In this document: one piece after another, positions 9,991 through 20,132 of the stretch | Numbering within the stretch: position 1 is the stretch's first letter | How the letters are laid out: the number at the start of each line of letters is the position of its first letter | IMG/VR virus record: IMGVR_UViG_3300046028_008994 | DNA: 64,000 nt | Source of the DNA: a virus | Strand: one strand, 5' to 3' | Notes under the pieces: model-generated | Database searches by the model: none | What the model was told of the DNA's origin: nothing | Seen by the model: the letters and a program-made list of their open reading frames with translations, nothing else | Made by a program: the position numbers and the translations under genes

Positions 9991-11847
9991 ATGTTAACAA
10001 CAGAATCCCAAATTCTATCTGAGATCACAACTCACCTCAAGTATGCTAAATTCAATCCTGAATTACAGCGAAGAGAAACATGGCACGAGTTAGTTACTCG
10101 TAACAAAAACATGCATATTAAAAAATATCCTCAATTAACTGAGGAAATTGAAAATGCGTATCAATATGTTTATGACAGAAAAGTATTACCATCAATGCGT
10201 TCAATGCAGTTTGCTGGTAAACCAATTGAAATAAACAATGCAAGAATATTTAATTGTTCTTATTTACCAATAGATGATTACAGAGCATTCTCTGAAATTA
10301 TGTTTCTATTATTATCAGGTTGTGGAGTAGGCTATTCAGTACAAACACACCACGTAGAAAATTTACCTGAAATTAGAAAACCATTAAAATCAAAACGTTA
10401 TTTAGTTGGTGATTCAATAGAGGGGTGGGCTGATGCGGTTCGTATGTTAACTAAAGCATATTTTGGACAAACATCAACCGCTCCTTTATTTGATTTTAGA
10501 GACATCAGAGCAAAAGGTGCATCATTAATCACTGTAGGTGGTAAAGCCCCAGGTCCTGAACCATTAAAAATTGCTTTAATTCATATGCAAGCGATTTTAG
10601 ATCGTAAAAAAGATGGTGAAAAATTAACATCTGTAGAATGTCATGATATCATTTGTCACTTAGCTGATGCTGTATTAAGTGGTGGAATTAGAAGAGCAGC
10701 TTTAATTGCTTTATTTGATTTAGATGATGAAGAAATGTTAACTTGTAAATTCGGACCATGGTGGGAAACAAATCCACAAAGAGGTAGAGCTAATAATTCT
10801 GCTGTATTATTAAGAAATAAAATCGATAAAGAAACATTCTTAAGCTTATGGGGTAAAATTGAAGCGTCTAACAGTGGTGAACCTGGTTTCTTATTTACAA
10901 ACGATAAAGATTCTGGAACTAACCCATGTGCTGAAATTAGTTTAAAACCAAATCAATTCTGTAATTTATGTGAAATTAATGCTTCAGACATTGAAACACA
11001 AGAAGAATATAATGAAAGAGCTAAAGCAGCAGCATTTATCGGTACATTACAAGCAAGCTATACTGATTTTCATTACTTAAGAGATGTTTGGAGAAAAACA
11101 ACTGAAAAAGAAGCATTATTAGGTATTGGAATGACAGGTATTGCTTCAGGAGCTGTATTAAAATTAGATATGAAACAAGCAGCTAAAATTGCTGTTGAAG
11201 AAAATGCAAGAGTAGCAGAAATATTAGATATTAATAAAGCAGCTCGTGTAACTACAGTTAAACCATCAGGTACTACATCATTAGTATTAGGTACTTCAAG
11301 TGGTATCCATGCTTGGCATGATGATTTCTATATGAGAAGAATTCGTTTAGGTAAAAATGAAGCATTGTATTCTTATTTAAGTATGTATCATCCTGAAATG
11401 TTAGAAGATGATTTCTTTAAACCAACCTTACAATCAATTGTTTCTGTACCACAACGTGCTCCACAAGGCGCTATAACACGTAAAGAATCAGCTATGGATT
11501 TATTAGAGCGTATTAAAACAATCAATAAAAATTGGATTAAACCAGGTCATAGAAAAGGCTCTAACATGCATAACGTATCTGCTACAGTTACTATTAAACA
11601 AGATGAATGGGATTCAGTAGGTGAATGGTTATATGAAAATAAAGAATACTTTACAGCATTATCGTTCTTACCTGAAGACCTTGGTACTTATGTACAAGCT
11701 CCTTTTGAAACAATTACAGAAGAACAATTTAATGAAGCTGTAAAATCATTACATCAAGTTGATTTATCAAAAGTAATTGAGATAGATGATAATACAGCAT
11801 TGATGGACCAAGCGGCATGTGCTGGTGGTGCCTGTGAAATAATTTAA
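9991..11847 (+). CDS. nrdJ: Class II (adenosylcobalamin) ribonucleotide reductase
   Basis: PSMR, IFNC, GGIRRAA, TNPCAEI, CNL, VKPSGT, C-terminal ACAGGAC; no R2 gene adjacent. Confidence 0.85.
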   Translation: MLTTESQILSEITTHLKYAKFNPELQRRETWHELVTRNKNMHIKKYPQLTEEIENAYQYVYDRKVLPSMRSMQFAGKPIEINNARIFNCSYLPIDDYRAFSEIMFLLLSGCGVGYSVQTHHVENLPEIRKPLKSKRYLVGDSIEGWADAVRMLTKAYFGQTSTAPLFDFRDIRAKGASLITVGGKAPGPEPLKIALIHMQAILDRKKDGEKLTSVECHDIICHLADAVLSGGIRRAALIALFDLDDEEMLTCKFGPWWETNPQRGRANNSAVLLRNKIDKETFLSLWGKIEASNSGEPGFLFTNDKDSGTNPCAEISLKPNQFCNLCEINASDIETQEEYNERAKAAAFIGTLQASYTDFHYLRDVWRKTTEKEALLGIGMTGIASGAVLKLDMKQAAKIAVEENARVAEILDINKAARVTTVKPSGTTSLVLGTSSGIHAWHDDFYMRRIRLGKNEALYSYLSMYHPEMLEDDFFKPTLQSIVSVPQRAPQGAITRKESAMDLLERIKTINKNWIKPGHRKGSNMHNVSATVTIKQDEWDSVGEWLYENKEYFTALSFLPEDLGTYVQAPFETITEEQFNEAVKSLHQVDLSKVIEIDDNTALMDQAACAGGACEII

Positions 11848-11858
11848 TATTTTAAAAT

Positions 11859-12836
11859 ATGTTGCGAAAAATAAAAGAAAGAATATTCCCGTTTATAATA
11901 GCATTATCTGCTTTATCAGTTAGTGCTTCAGCAGCTTATTACAGTGTCACTGGTCTCAGCATGTTATTTGCTGGGGCTAGTGTAGCTGTTTTAATAATGG
12001 CTTCATCTTTAGAAATTTCTAAATTAGTAATTGTTTCTTTGTTATATCAATATTGGGATAAACTTAATAGTTTATTAAGAAGTTATTTAACCTTAGCTGC
12101 TACTATATTAATATTAATTACCTCTGCAGGTATATATGGGTTTTTATCTGGAGCTTATCAAACAACAGCAAATCAATCATCAATAGTTGATCAAAAGATT
12201 CAAACTCTAGAAACTAAAAAGGGTTTGTATGAGGATACTAGAAATAATATTCTAAAAGAAAAACAATCAATTGCAGAATTAAAAGGTACTTTATCTTCTT
12301 CAACTACAACTCAATCAACTGATAGAAAAGGTAATTTAGTAATAAAATCAAATAAAGCAAATATTGAGCAATTACAAACAGCTAATCAATCAGATGAAAG
12401 ATTAACTACTAAATTAGATATCACTAATGATTCTATATTTGCCTTAGAAAATAAAATATTAGAGGTAAAAACTACATCTAAAGCAGCTAATGAATTAGGT
12501 CCTTTAAAATATTTAAGTAATCTTACAGGACAATCTATGGATAAGATTATTAATTGGTTTTTATTAGTTATTATATTTGTATTTGATCCTTTAGCCATCA
12601 GTTTAGTAATTGCTGCTAATTTTGCATTTGCGAGATTAAAACCAAAACCTCCACCAGAAGTTATTCCTGAGCCTTCTCAACCAATCTATCAACCTCCAAC
12701 ACAACCTGATAATACAAATGTTTTTTTAGATAAAATAAGTAATATAACAGAAAGTAATATGGATTTTATAAATAAGCAGGAACATTTAAAAAATGAAATA
12801 GAACGATTTAAAGAAGAAACAAAAACATATTTTTAA
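11859..12836 (+). CDS. Membrane protein with coiled-coil loop
   Basis: Three N-terminal hydrophobic helices, coiled coil, FVFDPLA transmembrane segment. Confidence 0.6.
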   Translation: MLRKIKERIFPFIIALSALSVSASAAYYSVTGLSMLFAGASVAVLIMASSLEISKLVIVSLLYQYWDKLNSLLRSYLTLAATILILITSAGIYGFLSGAYQTTANQSSIVDQKIQTLETKKGLYEDTRNNILKEKQSIAELKGTLSSSTTTQSTDRKGNLVIKSNKANIEQLQTANQSDERLTTKLDITNDSIFALENKILEVKTTSKAANELGPLKYLSNLTGQSMDKIINWFLLVIIFVFDPLAISLVIAANFAFARLKPKPPPEVIPEPSQPIYQPPTQPDNTNVFLDKISNITESNMDFINKQEHLKNEIERFKEETKTYF

Positions 12837-12880
12837 AATCTATATTAATTTCTTATATAAAATTATTAAATTTTTAAATT

Positions 12881-12913
12881 AAGCTTGGAAAACCAAGCTT
12901 TCTTTTGTATATT
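12881..12913 (+). promoter_or_regulatory. Terminator-like hairpin plus promoter
   Basis: AAGCTTGG-AAAA-CCAAGCTT, TATATT at 12908, ATG 6 nt later. Confidence 0.75.
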
Positions 12914-12919
12914 TAAATC

Positions 12920-13711
12920 ATGAAAATTAGTCACGAAGTTCCTTTATGTTTATTAGAGGATAGTTTATGGTTCAATGATTATCAATATTGTTTACCACAT
13001 TTATTAGATCAAAGCGAAGAATATAAAAATTTCTTTATTAGAGCTAAGCAAAATAATGTGTATATAATAATGGATAATTCACTTCACGAATTAGGTCATG
13101 CTTATGATAGTGAACGCTTATTATACTGGATTAACGAGTTAAAACCCAATGAATTTATTATTCCTGATGTATGGCAAGATATGAAAGGTTCAATCAACAA
13201 TGCTAGAGAATGGTCTAAAATTGACTTACCTGAGGAAGTTACTAAAGTAGCTGTAGTTCAAGCAATGAATTTAAGTGAAGCAATGACTTGCTATCAATAT
13301 TATAGAGATTTAGGTTATACAAAAATAGCATTTTCTTATGGTGCTTCTTATTATAGTGAATTAAATAATCATCCTAATCCAGATTTAGCTAAAGCTTTAG
13401 GTCGTATTTATATGATTAATCATTTATATAAAATTAAATTAATTAAAGACGATCACAGAGTACATTTATTAGGATGTCAGGTACCACAAGAATTTAGCTG
13501 GTATAATAATATGTCTTTTATTGAAACAATAGATACTTCTAATCCTATTATGGCAACATTAGATAATATAGAATATCATTCAACAGGTTTACAAACTAAA
13601 CCAAAAGCAAACATGAATAATAATTTTTATATTAACCCAGATGAAATTGACTATGAATTATTAAACCACAACATTTCCACATTTAAAGATTTAACAAATA
13701 CAATATATTAA
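12920..13711 (+). CDS. TGT/DpdA-like transglycosylase (TIM barrel), candidate DNA 7-deazaguanine inserter
   Basis: IIMDNS, IIPDVW, VHLLG, IDTS motifs; first gene of the queC/D/E-folE cluster. Confidence 0.6.
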   Translation: MKISHEVPLCLLEDSLWFNDYQYCLPHLLDQSEEYKNFFIRAKQNNVYIIMDNSLHELGHAYDSERLLYWINELKPNEFIIPDVWQDMKGSINNAREWSKIDLPEEVTKVAVVQAMNLSEAMTCYQYYRDLGYTKIAFSYGASYYSELNNHPNPDLAKALGRIYMINHLYKIKLIKDDHRVHLLGCQVPQEFSWYNNMSFIETIDTSNPIMATLDNIEYHSTGLQTKPKANMNNNFYINPDEIDYELLNHNISTFKDLTNTIY

Positions 13712-13712
13712 T

Positions 13713-13943
13713 ATGCAAGAACAATATCAATCACTTTTCGATTATCTAGGAAAACCAGCAGGTACAGATTTAGGTAAACAAGTTTTTACTGAATCTAAAA
13801 AACAAGGTATAAAAACAATAATAAGAGAAGTTAAAACAAAAAATTATGAAGGAAAAGTAATGGTTTATCCTACATCTTTTTTAGAAAATTACTTTAATCC
13901 TCAACCAACTCAACCAAATATTTTTGATGATCTTCTATTTTAA
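13713..13943 (+). CDS. Hypothetical protein
   Basis: 76 aa ORF in operon spacing. Confidence 0.6.
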   Translation: MQEQYQSLFDYLGKPAGTDLGKQVFTESKKQGIKTIIREVKTKNYEGKVMVYPTSFLENYFNPQPTQPNIFDDLLF

Positions 13944-13979
13944 TTTGGAAAACAATAAAAATTTTAATATATTATAAAT

Positions 13980-14882
13980 ATGAATAAAAAATATGCTGTA
14001 CTCTCCTTAAGTGGAGGAATGGATTCAAGCACATTATTAATTAAACTCCTATCAGAAAACTATCAAGTAGTTGCACTCTCTTTTGATTATGGACAAAAAC
14101 ATAAAGTAGAATTAGAAAGAGCTACTGAATTGGTAAAATATATTAATAGTAGGAGCATTGGTACTAAAGGAGGATATGGAGGGTATGAATTAGTCAAACA
14201 TCAAATAATTACATTAGATGGTTTAGCACAATTACTTAATTCTTCATTAGTTGAAGGTGGTGCTGAAGTACCTGAAGGACATTACGCTGAAGAAAATATG
14301 AAGGATACTGTAGTACCTAATCGTAATAAAATATTTTCAAGTATTATTCAAGCAGTAGCTTTATCTATTTCTAATAAAAAAGAGGCGGAATGTGTTATTG
14401 CTTTAGGAGTACATAGTGGTGATCATTCTATTTATCCTGATTGCACAGAAGCATTTAGAAATGCGGATGAATATGCTTTTAAAATAGGAAATTGGGACTC
14501 AGAATTAGTAAATTATTACACACCATATATGGAAGGTAATAAATTTACAATCTTAGAAGATGGAGTTAAATGTTGTGATGAATTAGGTTTAGATTTTGAT
14601 GAAGTATATAAACGTACTAATACAAGTTATAAACCAATTAAATTAATAAAATCAGAAAAAAGATTTAAAGGAACAGAAGACGAAATAAATGTATTCTTTG
14701 AAGTATGGTACAGTGACTACAAATCAGCATCTTCAGTTGAACGTGTAGAAGCATTTATGAAATTAGGTCGTCCTGATCCTTGTGAATATGCTGACGAAAA
14801 TGGTCCTGTAGCTTGGGAACACGTAGTCTCTTACGTATGTTCAGTGCTAGAAAATCATGAGAAAGAAACGTCAAATAACTGA
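13980..14882 (+). CDS. queC: 7-cyano-7-deazaguanine synthase
   Basis: SGGMDS, FDYGQKH, VVPNRN, YPDC. Confidence 0.9.
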   Translation: MNKKYAVLSLSGGMDSSTLLIKLLSENYQVVALSFDYGQKHKVELERATELVKYINSRSIGTKGGYGGYELVKHQIITLDGLAQLLNSSLVEGGAEVPEGHYAEENMKDTVVPNRNKIFSSIIQAVALSISNKKEAECVIALGVHSGDHSIYPDCTEAFRNADEYAFKIGNWDSELVNYYTPYMEGNKFTILEDGVKCCDELGLDFDEVYKRTNTSYKPIKLIKSEKRFKGTEDEINVFFEVWYSDYKSASSVERVEAFMKLGRPDPCEYADENGPVAWEHVVSYVCSVLENHEKETSNN

Positions 14883-15060
14883 TAGACCAATGTATGCTAT
14901 TATAAATAAAAACGGTGAAGTATTTGCTGGATTATTAAGTGGTTATCCACAATGGTCTTCTGATTGGGATAATGTTAAACTATTATTTCGAGAAAATACT
15001 GCTTTTATTTATAATACCAACCCAACAGAATACGAATTAATAAATGAAAGTGAATTATAA
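14857..15060 (+). CDS. Hypothetical protein
   Basis: 67 aa ORF overlapping neighbours. Confidence 0.5.
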   Translation: MRKKRQITDRPMYAIINKNGEVFAGLLSGYPQWSSDWDNVKLLFRENTAFIYNTNPTEYELINESEL

Positions 15061-15283
15061 ACAGCCCAAATTCGATCCACAAACTGGAGAAATTAACCCT
15101 TATATGATAGATTTAGAATTAAAAACAAACAAACAACCAGATCCAAGAAAACACCAGCTAGTAAGCTTTATCAAATCAGGCATCAGAATCTCAGGCTACA
15201 TTTGTTTGCCTTTTGATTTAACAATTGCTTGCCTTATCTTGGTTTTCTCAGAATTAGTTGGTATATTAGAAGAATTAGTATAA
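15044..15283 (+). CDS. Small membrane protein
   Basis: Hydrophobic C-terminal half. Confidence 0.55.
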   Translation: MKVNYKQPKFDPQTGEINPYMIDLELKTNKQPDPRKHQLVSFIKSGIRISGYICLPFDLTIACLILVFSELVGILEELV

Positions 15284-15287
15284 CATA

Positions 15288-15331
15288 GTGTGCTCCTTGA
15301 TTTTTAACATATTTATAATCATGGAGCACAC
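15288..15331 (+). promoter_or_regulatory. Start-codon-sequestering hairpin with ATATTTATA motif in the loop
   Basis: GTGTGCTCC (15288-96) is the reverse complement of GGAGCACAC (15323-31); ATG at 15321. Confidence 0.75.
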
Positions 15332-15902
15332 CAAAATATATTATTTACATTATGGAGATAATATTCCTTTTTATGTAGGGAAAACTAGAAATGAATATCA
15401 TAGATTATTTAACCATAAAAAAACGTTTGGTAAAAACACTGTGATGGAAATAATAGATGAAGTTTTAAATTGGAGAAAATGGGAAGTGTATTATATTGAA
15501 GAATTTAAAAAACAAGGATATATTCTTCAAAATAAAAATAAAGGTGGAGGTGGCTCTGAAAAATGGGAAGATAAATCAATCCAAAAACTAAAATCTCACC
15601 CTACAAGAGGTAAAAATATAAGTGAATCTCATAAAGGAAAACAAAAATCACATAAAGGAAAAAAATTTAAAGAAGAACATAAACAAAAAATAAAAGCAAC
15701 AAGAGATTTTCTCAAAAATAGGCCTAATACTTGGATTAATACTCCTGTATTACAATATGATTTAGAAGGAAATTTTATTAAAGAGTGGTCATCTCAATTA
15801 GAGGCTACTAAATATTTAAATAAAACAGGAGATGGAATAGGAGCTTGTTGTAGAGGAAGACAAAAAAAAGCTTACAATTACATTTGGAAATTTAAAAAAT
15901 AA
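15321..15902 (+). mobile_element. GIY-YIG-type homing endonuclease with NUMOD1 tail
   Basis: KIYYL..PFYVGKT, LQNKNKGGGG, PVLQYDLEGNFIKEW..YIWKF. Confidence 0.8.
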
Positions 15903-15918
15903 ATTATATATTACAAAC

Positions 15919-16164
15919 ATGAAAAAAATATTTTTATTTACAGCAGAGTGGTGTCCTGGCTGTAAAACATTAGAACCAACAATGGATAGAGTTAGAGATG
16001 CAGGAGTAACTGTTGAAAAAATTAACATTGATTATGAATCAGATAGAGCTAGAGCAGCTAATGTTATGAGTATTCCAACAGTAGTATTAGCTGAAAACGG
16101 TCAAGAAATCAAACGCTTCGTAGGAGCTAAAACATACGAACAAGTATTAGAATTTATTAAATAA
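15919..16164 (+). CDS. Thioredoxin
   Basis: WCPGC and SIPT motifs. Confidence 0.9.
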   Translation: MKKIFLFTAEWCPGCKTLEPTMDRVRDAGVTVEKINIDYESDRARAANVMSIPTVVLAENGQEIKRFVGAKTYEQVLEFIK

Positions 16165-16631
16165 TGGGAAAATTTCAATCAACAAAATTATTTGACGGAT
16201 TCAGTTGTGTATTTCGTCAATGGAAAGCAGAAGGTACTCATTGCCAATTTTTACATGGTTATGGAGTATCATTTAGAGTATGGTTCGAAGGTGAATTAGA
16301 CGAACGTAATTGGGTATGGGATTTTGGAGGTATGAAACGTGCTAAAGGTACTATTGATGGTAAAAATCCTAAAGCATGGATGGATCATATGTTTGACCAT
16401 ACTGTTATAGCATCAATAGATGATCCTTACTTGGATAAATTTAAACAAATGGAAGTAGATGGTATAATCCAATTAAGAATAATTCCAGCAACAGGAGCAG
16501 AACAATTTGCAAAGTACATTTATGAAAAACTAAACACTTTTATTCAAGAAGAAACAAAAGGTAGAGTGAAAATAACAAAAGTAGAATTTATGGAGCATAG
16601 TAAAAATACAGCAATTTATACAGAAATATGA
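16164..16631 (+). CDS. queD: 6-carboxytetrahydropterin synthase
   Basis: HCQFLHGY, DFG, FDH, E near C-terminus. Confidence 0.85.
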   Translation: MGKFQSTKLFDGFSCVFRQWKAEGTHCQFLHGYGVSFRVWFEGELDERNWVWDFGGMKRAKGTIDGKNPKAWMDHMFDHTVIASIDDPYLDKFKQMEVDGIIQLRIIPATGAEQFAKYIYEKLNTFIQEETKGRVKITKVEFMEHSKNTAIYTEI

Positions 16632-17410
16632 GTTTAGGAAGAATAACAGATTACGATAAAAAATTACCAATAGTAGAATTATACTATTGTGTACAAAGTG
16701 AAGGTTCAAGAGCAGGCTTTCCAACAGTAGCCGTTAGAACAACAGGCTGTACTCACAGATGTTGGTTTGGTGAAGGTGGTTGGTGTGATTCATGGTATAC
16801 AAGCATTCATCCTGAAAAAGGTGGATTTACATTTAATGATATTGTTAAAATGTATGATAATAGACCTGATATTACTGAAATGATGTTAACAGGTGGTTCT
16901 CCAACAATGCATCCTGATTTAGTTAATGAATTAACACATTTTGCTAATGAAAGAGGTATTGTAATTACAATTGAAACTGAAGGTTCACATTTTCTAGAAA
17001 CAGATTTTCCAATTGGCTTAATTTCATTATCACCTAAATTTACTAATAGTGTTCCTAAATTAGGAGTATTAACACCAAAAGGAGCTGTAGTAGATCAAAA
17101 GATGATTGATCAACATAATAAATTACGTTTAAATAAAGACGCAATGTGTAAAACAATTGATTATCATACTAATTACCATTTTAAACCAGTGTGTAATCCT
17201 GTAGAAATGCCTGAAATTTGGGAAGAAATTGAAGCATTTAGAGTAGAGATGAATATTCCTAAAAACAAAACATGGATTATGCCTCCAGGTGATAATAGAC
17301 AAGAGTTAATAAGAGTATATCCAATGGTATTTGATTTTTGTGCTGAACATGGATATAATTTTACAGGTAGAGAACATATTATTGCCTTTGATACTCGTCG
17401 TGGAGTTTGA
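16628..17410 (+). CDS. queE: 7-carboxy-7-deazaguanine synthase (radical SAM)
   Basis: QSEG, GCTHRC...WCD, TGG.P, IETEG, SPK. Confidence 0.85.
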   Translation: MSLGRITDYDKKLPIVELYYCVQSEGSRAGFPTVAVRTTGCTHRCWFGEGGWCDSWYTSIHPEKGGFTFNDIVKMYDNRPDITEMMLTGGSPTMHPDLVNELTHFANERGIVITIETEGSHFLETDFPIGLISLSPKFTNSVPKLGVLTPKGAVVDQKMIDQHNKLRLNKDAMCKTIDYHTNYHFKPVCNPVEMPEIWEEIEAFRVEMNIPKNKTWIMPPGDNRQELIRVYPMVFDFCAEHGYNFTGREHIIAFDTRRGV

Positions 17411-17455
17411 TTATAATACATAAAGAAGAGTCTATTTTCATATATTTATTAATAT

Positions 17456-18094
17456 ATGAGTAGATATAAACAAATATGTAATGAATGTAAAATACATTAT
17501 AAATCAAATGGATCAGGGAGTAAATATTGTTCTCCTGATTGTAGGCAAATAGCAAGAGCTAAAGATAGACAATTTACTTCCTGTTCCTGTTGTTTTAAAG
17601 ATGTTAGATATTTTCCTAACAGTGAACATAAAAATAAGAAAAATATTTTTTGTTCTAATAAATGTCAAGGAGAATGGATGAAAATTAATTCACAAAATCT
17701 TCAATTGGTTGAAAGAGCTAATAAGATGAGAGAAAGTTGGAATGAAAATGCTTGGAAAAAAGGAATTGAAACTAGAATAAAAAAAGGAAATATCATTGAT
17801 TGGGATAAAGCAGGATGGAAACAATATTGGAAAAGATGTGATTGGTTAACTAGAAAAATTAGAAAACAAATGTTAGAAAATTGGGATGGTTATGATTATA
17901 TTAGTAAAGAATATATTAAAGATAATTTAATTTTACATTATAGTCATGGTGATTATCCTACATTAGACCATATTAAACCCCGATCACAGTGTTTTAAAGA
18001 AGGTTTATCTCCATATGAAGCTACTAAACCAGAAAATTTAGCATGGACTACAAGAAAAAACAATAGTAAAAAATCACAGAAAAAATTAAAATAG
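17456..18094 (+). mobile_element. HNH endonuclease with N-terminal Cys-rich zinc repeats
   Basis: YCSPDC, FCSNKC, TLDHIKP, NLAWTT..N. Confidence 0.7.
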
Positions 18095-18097
18095 AAA

Positions 18098-18496
18098 ATG
18101 GTATTATTAACAACACATCCTGTTAAAAAATTAGATTTAGGTACTCATGGTAATCTATTTGGTGGTAAGTTACTCTCACTATTAGATTCAGCTGTAGCAG
18201 CTTATGCAATGGAGACATGCCATAGTAAAAATATGGTTACTGTTTCTATTGATAAATGTGAGTTTAAAAAACCTGCAAAAGAAGGTAATTTAGTAAAAAT
18301 ATATGCTGAATTAACTAAAATAGGAACTACATCAGCTCAATTTAATGTTGAGGCTAGAAATTATAATGTATTTACTGAAGAAGAAACTTGTATATTATCT
18401 ACTCATATGACTTTTGTTAGAATTGATGACGAAGGCGGACCAATTCCAATTTCAGAAACAGTTAGAAGAAAATTTAATTCTCCAGTTACAAAATAA
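18098..18496 (+). CDS. Acyl-CoA thioesterase (HotDog fold)
   Basis: HGNLFGG.LLS.LD, VTVSID, TFVRID. Confidence 0.85.
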   Translation: MVLLTTHPVKKLDLGTHGNLFGGKLLSLLDSAVAAYAMETCHSKNMVTVSIDKCEFKKPAKEGNLVKIYAELTKIGTTSAQFNVEARNYNVFTEEETCILSTHMTFVRIDDEGGPIPISETVRRKFNSPVTK

Positions 18497-18508
18497 TATT
18501 TATAATAT

Positions 18509-18748
18509 ATGAAAATAACGTATTTTTACCATAAAGGATGTCGTCAATGTAAAGACTTAGCTCCTATCATAAATGAATTTCAAGCTCCTCTTAACATTAA
18601 TTTGGTAGACACATATACTGATAGTATGTTAATGGAAGAAAATACAATTAACTGGGTTCCTACTCTTGTGATTGAAGATAAAAACGGAAAACACAAATTT
18701 GAAGGACCAGCTGAAGTTAAAGAAGTTTTGAGAAAATTAGTTTTATGA
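18509..18748 (+). CDS. Thioredoxin/glutaredoxin-like protein
   Basis: CRQC, WVPT; ATATTTATA upstream. Confidence 0.75.
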   Translation: MKITYFYHKGCRQCKDLAPIINEFQAPLNINLVDTYTDSMLMEENTINWVPTLVIEDKNGKHKFEGPAEVKEVLRKLVL

Positions 18749-19248
18749 TAGTAGAATTCACAGAAAAAGAAATACAAGACAAAATTAAACAAATTGCTGA
18801 TTTTATTAATCAGAAACAACATAATAAACCTCCTGTGTTTATATGTGTATTAAACGGTGCTTTTATGTTTTTTACGGATTTAGTGAAACAAATAGGTAAA
18901 TGCGAAATAGACTTTATACGTGCGAAATCTTACGAAGGTACTACACAAAGTGAGATAAAAATTACTAAATCTTGTGAATTAGAACTAATAGATAGAGATG
19001 TTTATTTAGTAGATGATATCTATGATTCGGGAAATACAGTAAAAGCATTAATAAAACATTTATCAAACGAAAAAGCAAATTCAATAACACCAATTACATT
19101 ATTTAAAAAGTGGCATTCAAATCATCCTGAATTAATATATGGTTTTGAATTAACAGATGAACATTGGTTAATAGGTTATGGTTTAGATGCAAGTGATGGT
19201 ACTCAAAGAAACCTTACTTATATTAAAGGTATCCAACCAGGAGATTAA
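18745..19248 (+). CDS. hpt: Hypoxanthine-guanine phosphoribosyltransferase
   Basis: VLNGAFMF, AKSY, LVDDIYDSGNT, GYGLD. Confidence 0.85.
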   Translation: MIVEFTEKEIQDKIKQIADFINQKQHNKPPVFICVLNGAFMFFTDLVKQIGKCEIDFIRAKSYEGTTQSEIKITKSCELELIDRDVYLVDDIYDSGNTVKALIKHLSNEKANSITPITLFKKWHSNHPELIYGFELTDEHWLIGYGLDASDGTQRNLTYIKGIQPGD

Positions 19249-19260
19249 TATTTATATTAA

Positions 19261-20091
19261 ATGAATTCAACACACGTATTTAAAAGAAAAATAGCAGAAA
19301 TAAAAGATGAATATCCTTTATTAGAAAATCATGGAGATTTATGGGCTTTAGGAATGTATGATAGTATTTGTGAAGAACAGATTTTAAAAGAATTTATTTC
19401 ACAAACAATTGAAGCTGATAAAACTTCTAAAGAACTTGATAAACGTTTTCCAGCTTTAGATATTTCAATAAATATAGAATCACCAAAAGTATTTAGTATA
19501 AATCTACCTAAATCAGCTTTTAAATATTGGGGGGAAATATCTAAATTTCTTGATACTTTTGGTTGGTATCCATCTTATATAGCATTAGTTACAGAGGATT
19601 TTTTTGGTGGTTTTTTAAAAGATAAAGGAAAATATAGCAATGAATCTATGAATACCATGATGAAATCAGCTGATGATGAGGATGCTATTCAAATATCAAT
19701 AGAAGCCAAATATGATACAGAACAACAACCAGAAAAATATTATTATCATTTAGTTCCCGATATTTATCTAGATAAAGTAGAATTAAAAGGTTTGACACCA
19801 AAAACCAAAAGTAAAATAGCAACTCATCCAGAACGAGTATATTTACTAAATCCAGATAATGAAGATGAATTTGAAAAAATAGCTAATATGCTGTATGATA
19901 AAACTCCATCAAAAGAAACAAAATCAAAAATTAAAAATTATCATCTGTTAAGAATTAATGCTGATGCTATAAAAGATAAAGTTAAATTTTATAACGATCC
20001 TAATTTTCGAATTGGAAATGGAGCTGTTTGGACATATCAAAATATAGCTCCTAAATACATAGAAAAAATAGAAACTATTCCTATTGGATAG
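19261..20091 (+). CDS. Hypothetical protein with C-terminal ADP-ribosyltransferase-like (Tpt1/KptA-type) domain
   Basis: YYH..(x13)..GLTP...RVYL...LLRIN...F.ND...VWT..NI.P..I pattern. Confidence 0.45.
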   Translation: MNSTHVFKRKIAEIKDEYPLLENHGDLWALGMYDSICEEQILKEFISQTIEADKTSKELDKRFPALDISINIESPKVFSINLPKSAFKYWGEISKFLDTFGWYPSYIALVTEDFFGGFLKDKGKYSNESMNTMMKSADDEDAIQISIEAKYDTEQQPEKYYYHLVPDIYLDKVELKGLTPKTKSKIATHPERVYLLNPDNEDEFEKIANMLYDKTPSKETKSKIKNYHLLRINADAIKDKVKFYNDPNFRIGNGAVWTYQNIAPKYIEKIETIPIG

Positions 20092-20132
20092 TTTGGTAAA
20101 ATAAAAAACAATTTATATATTATAATAAAGTT

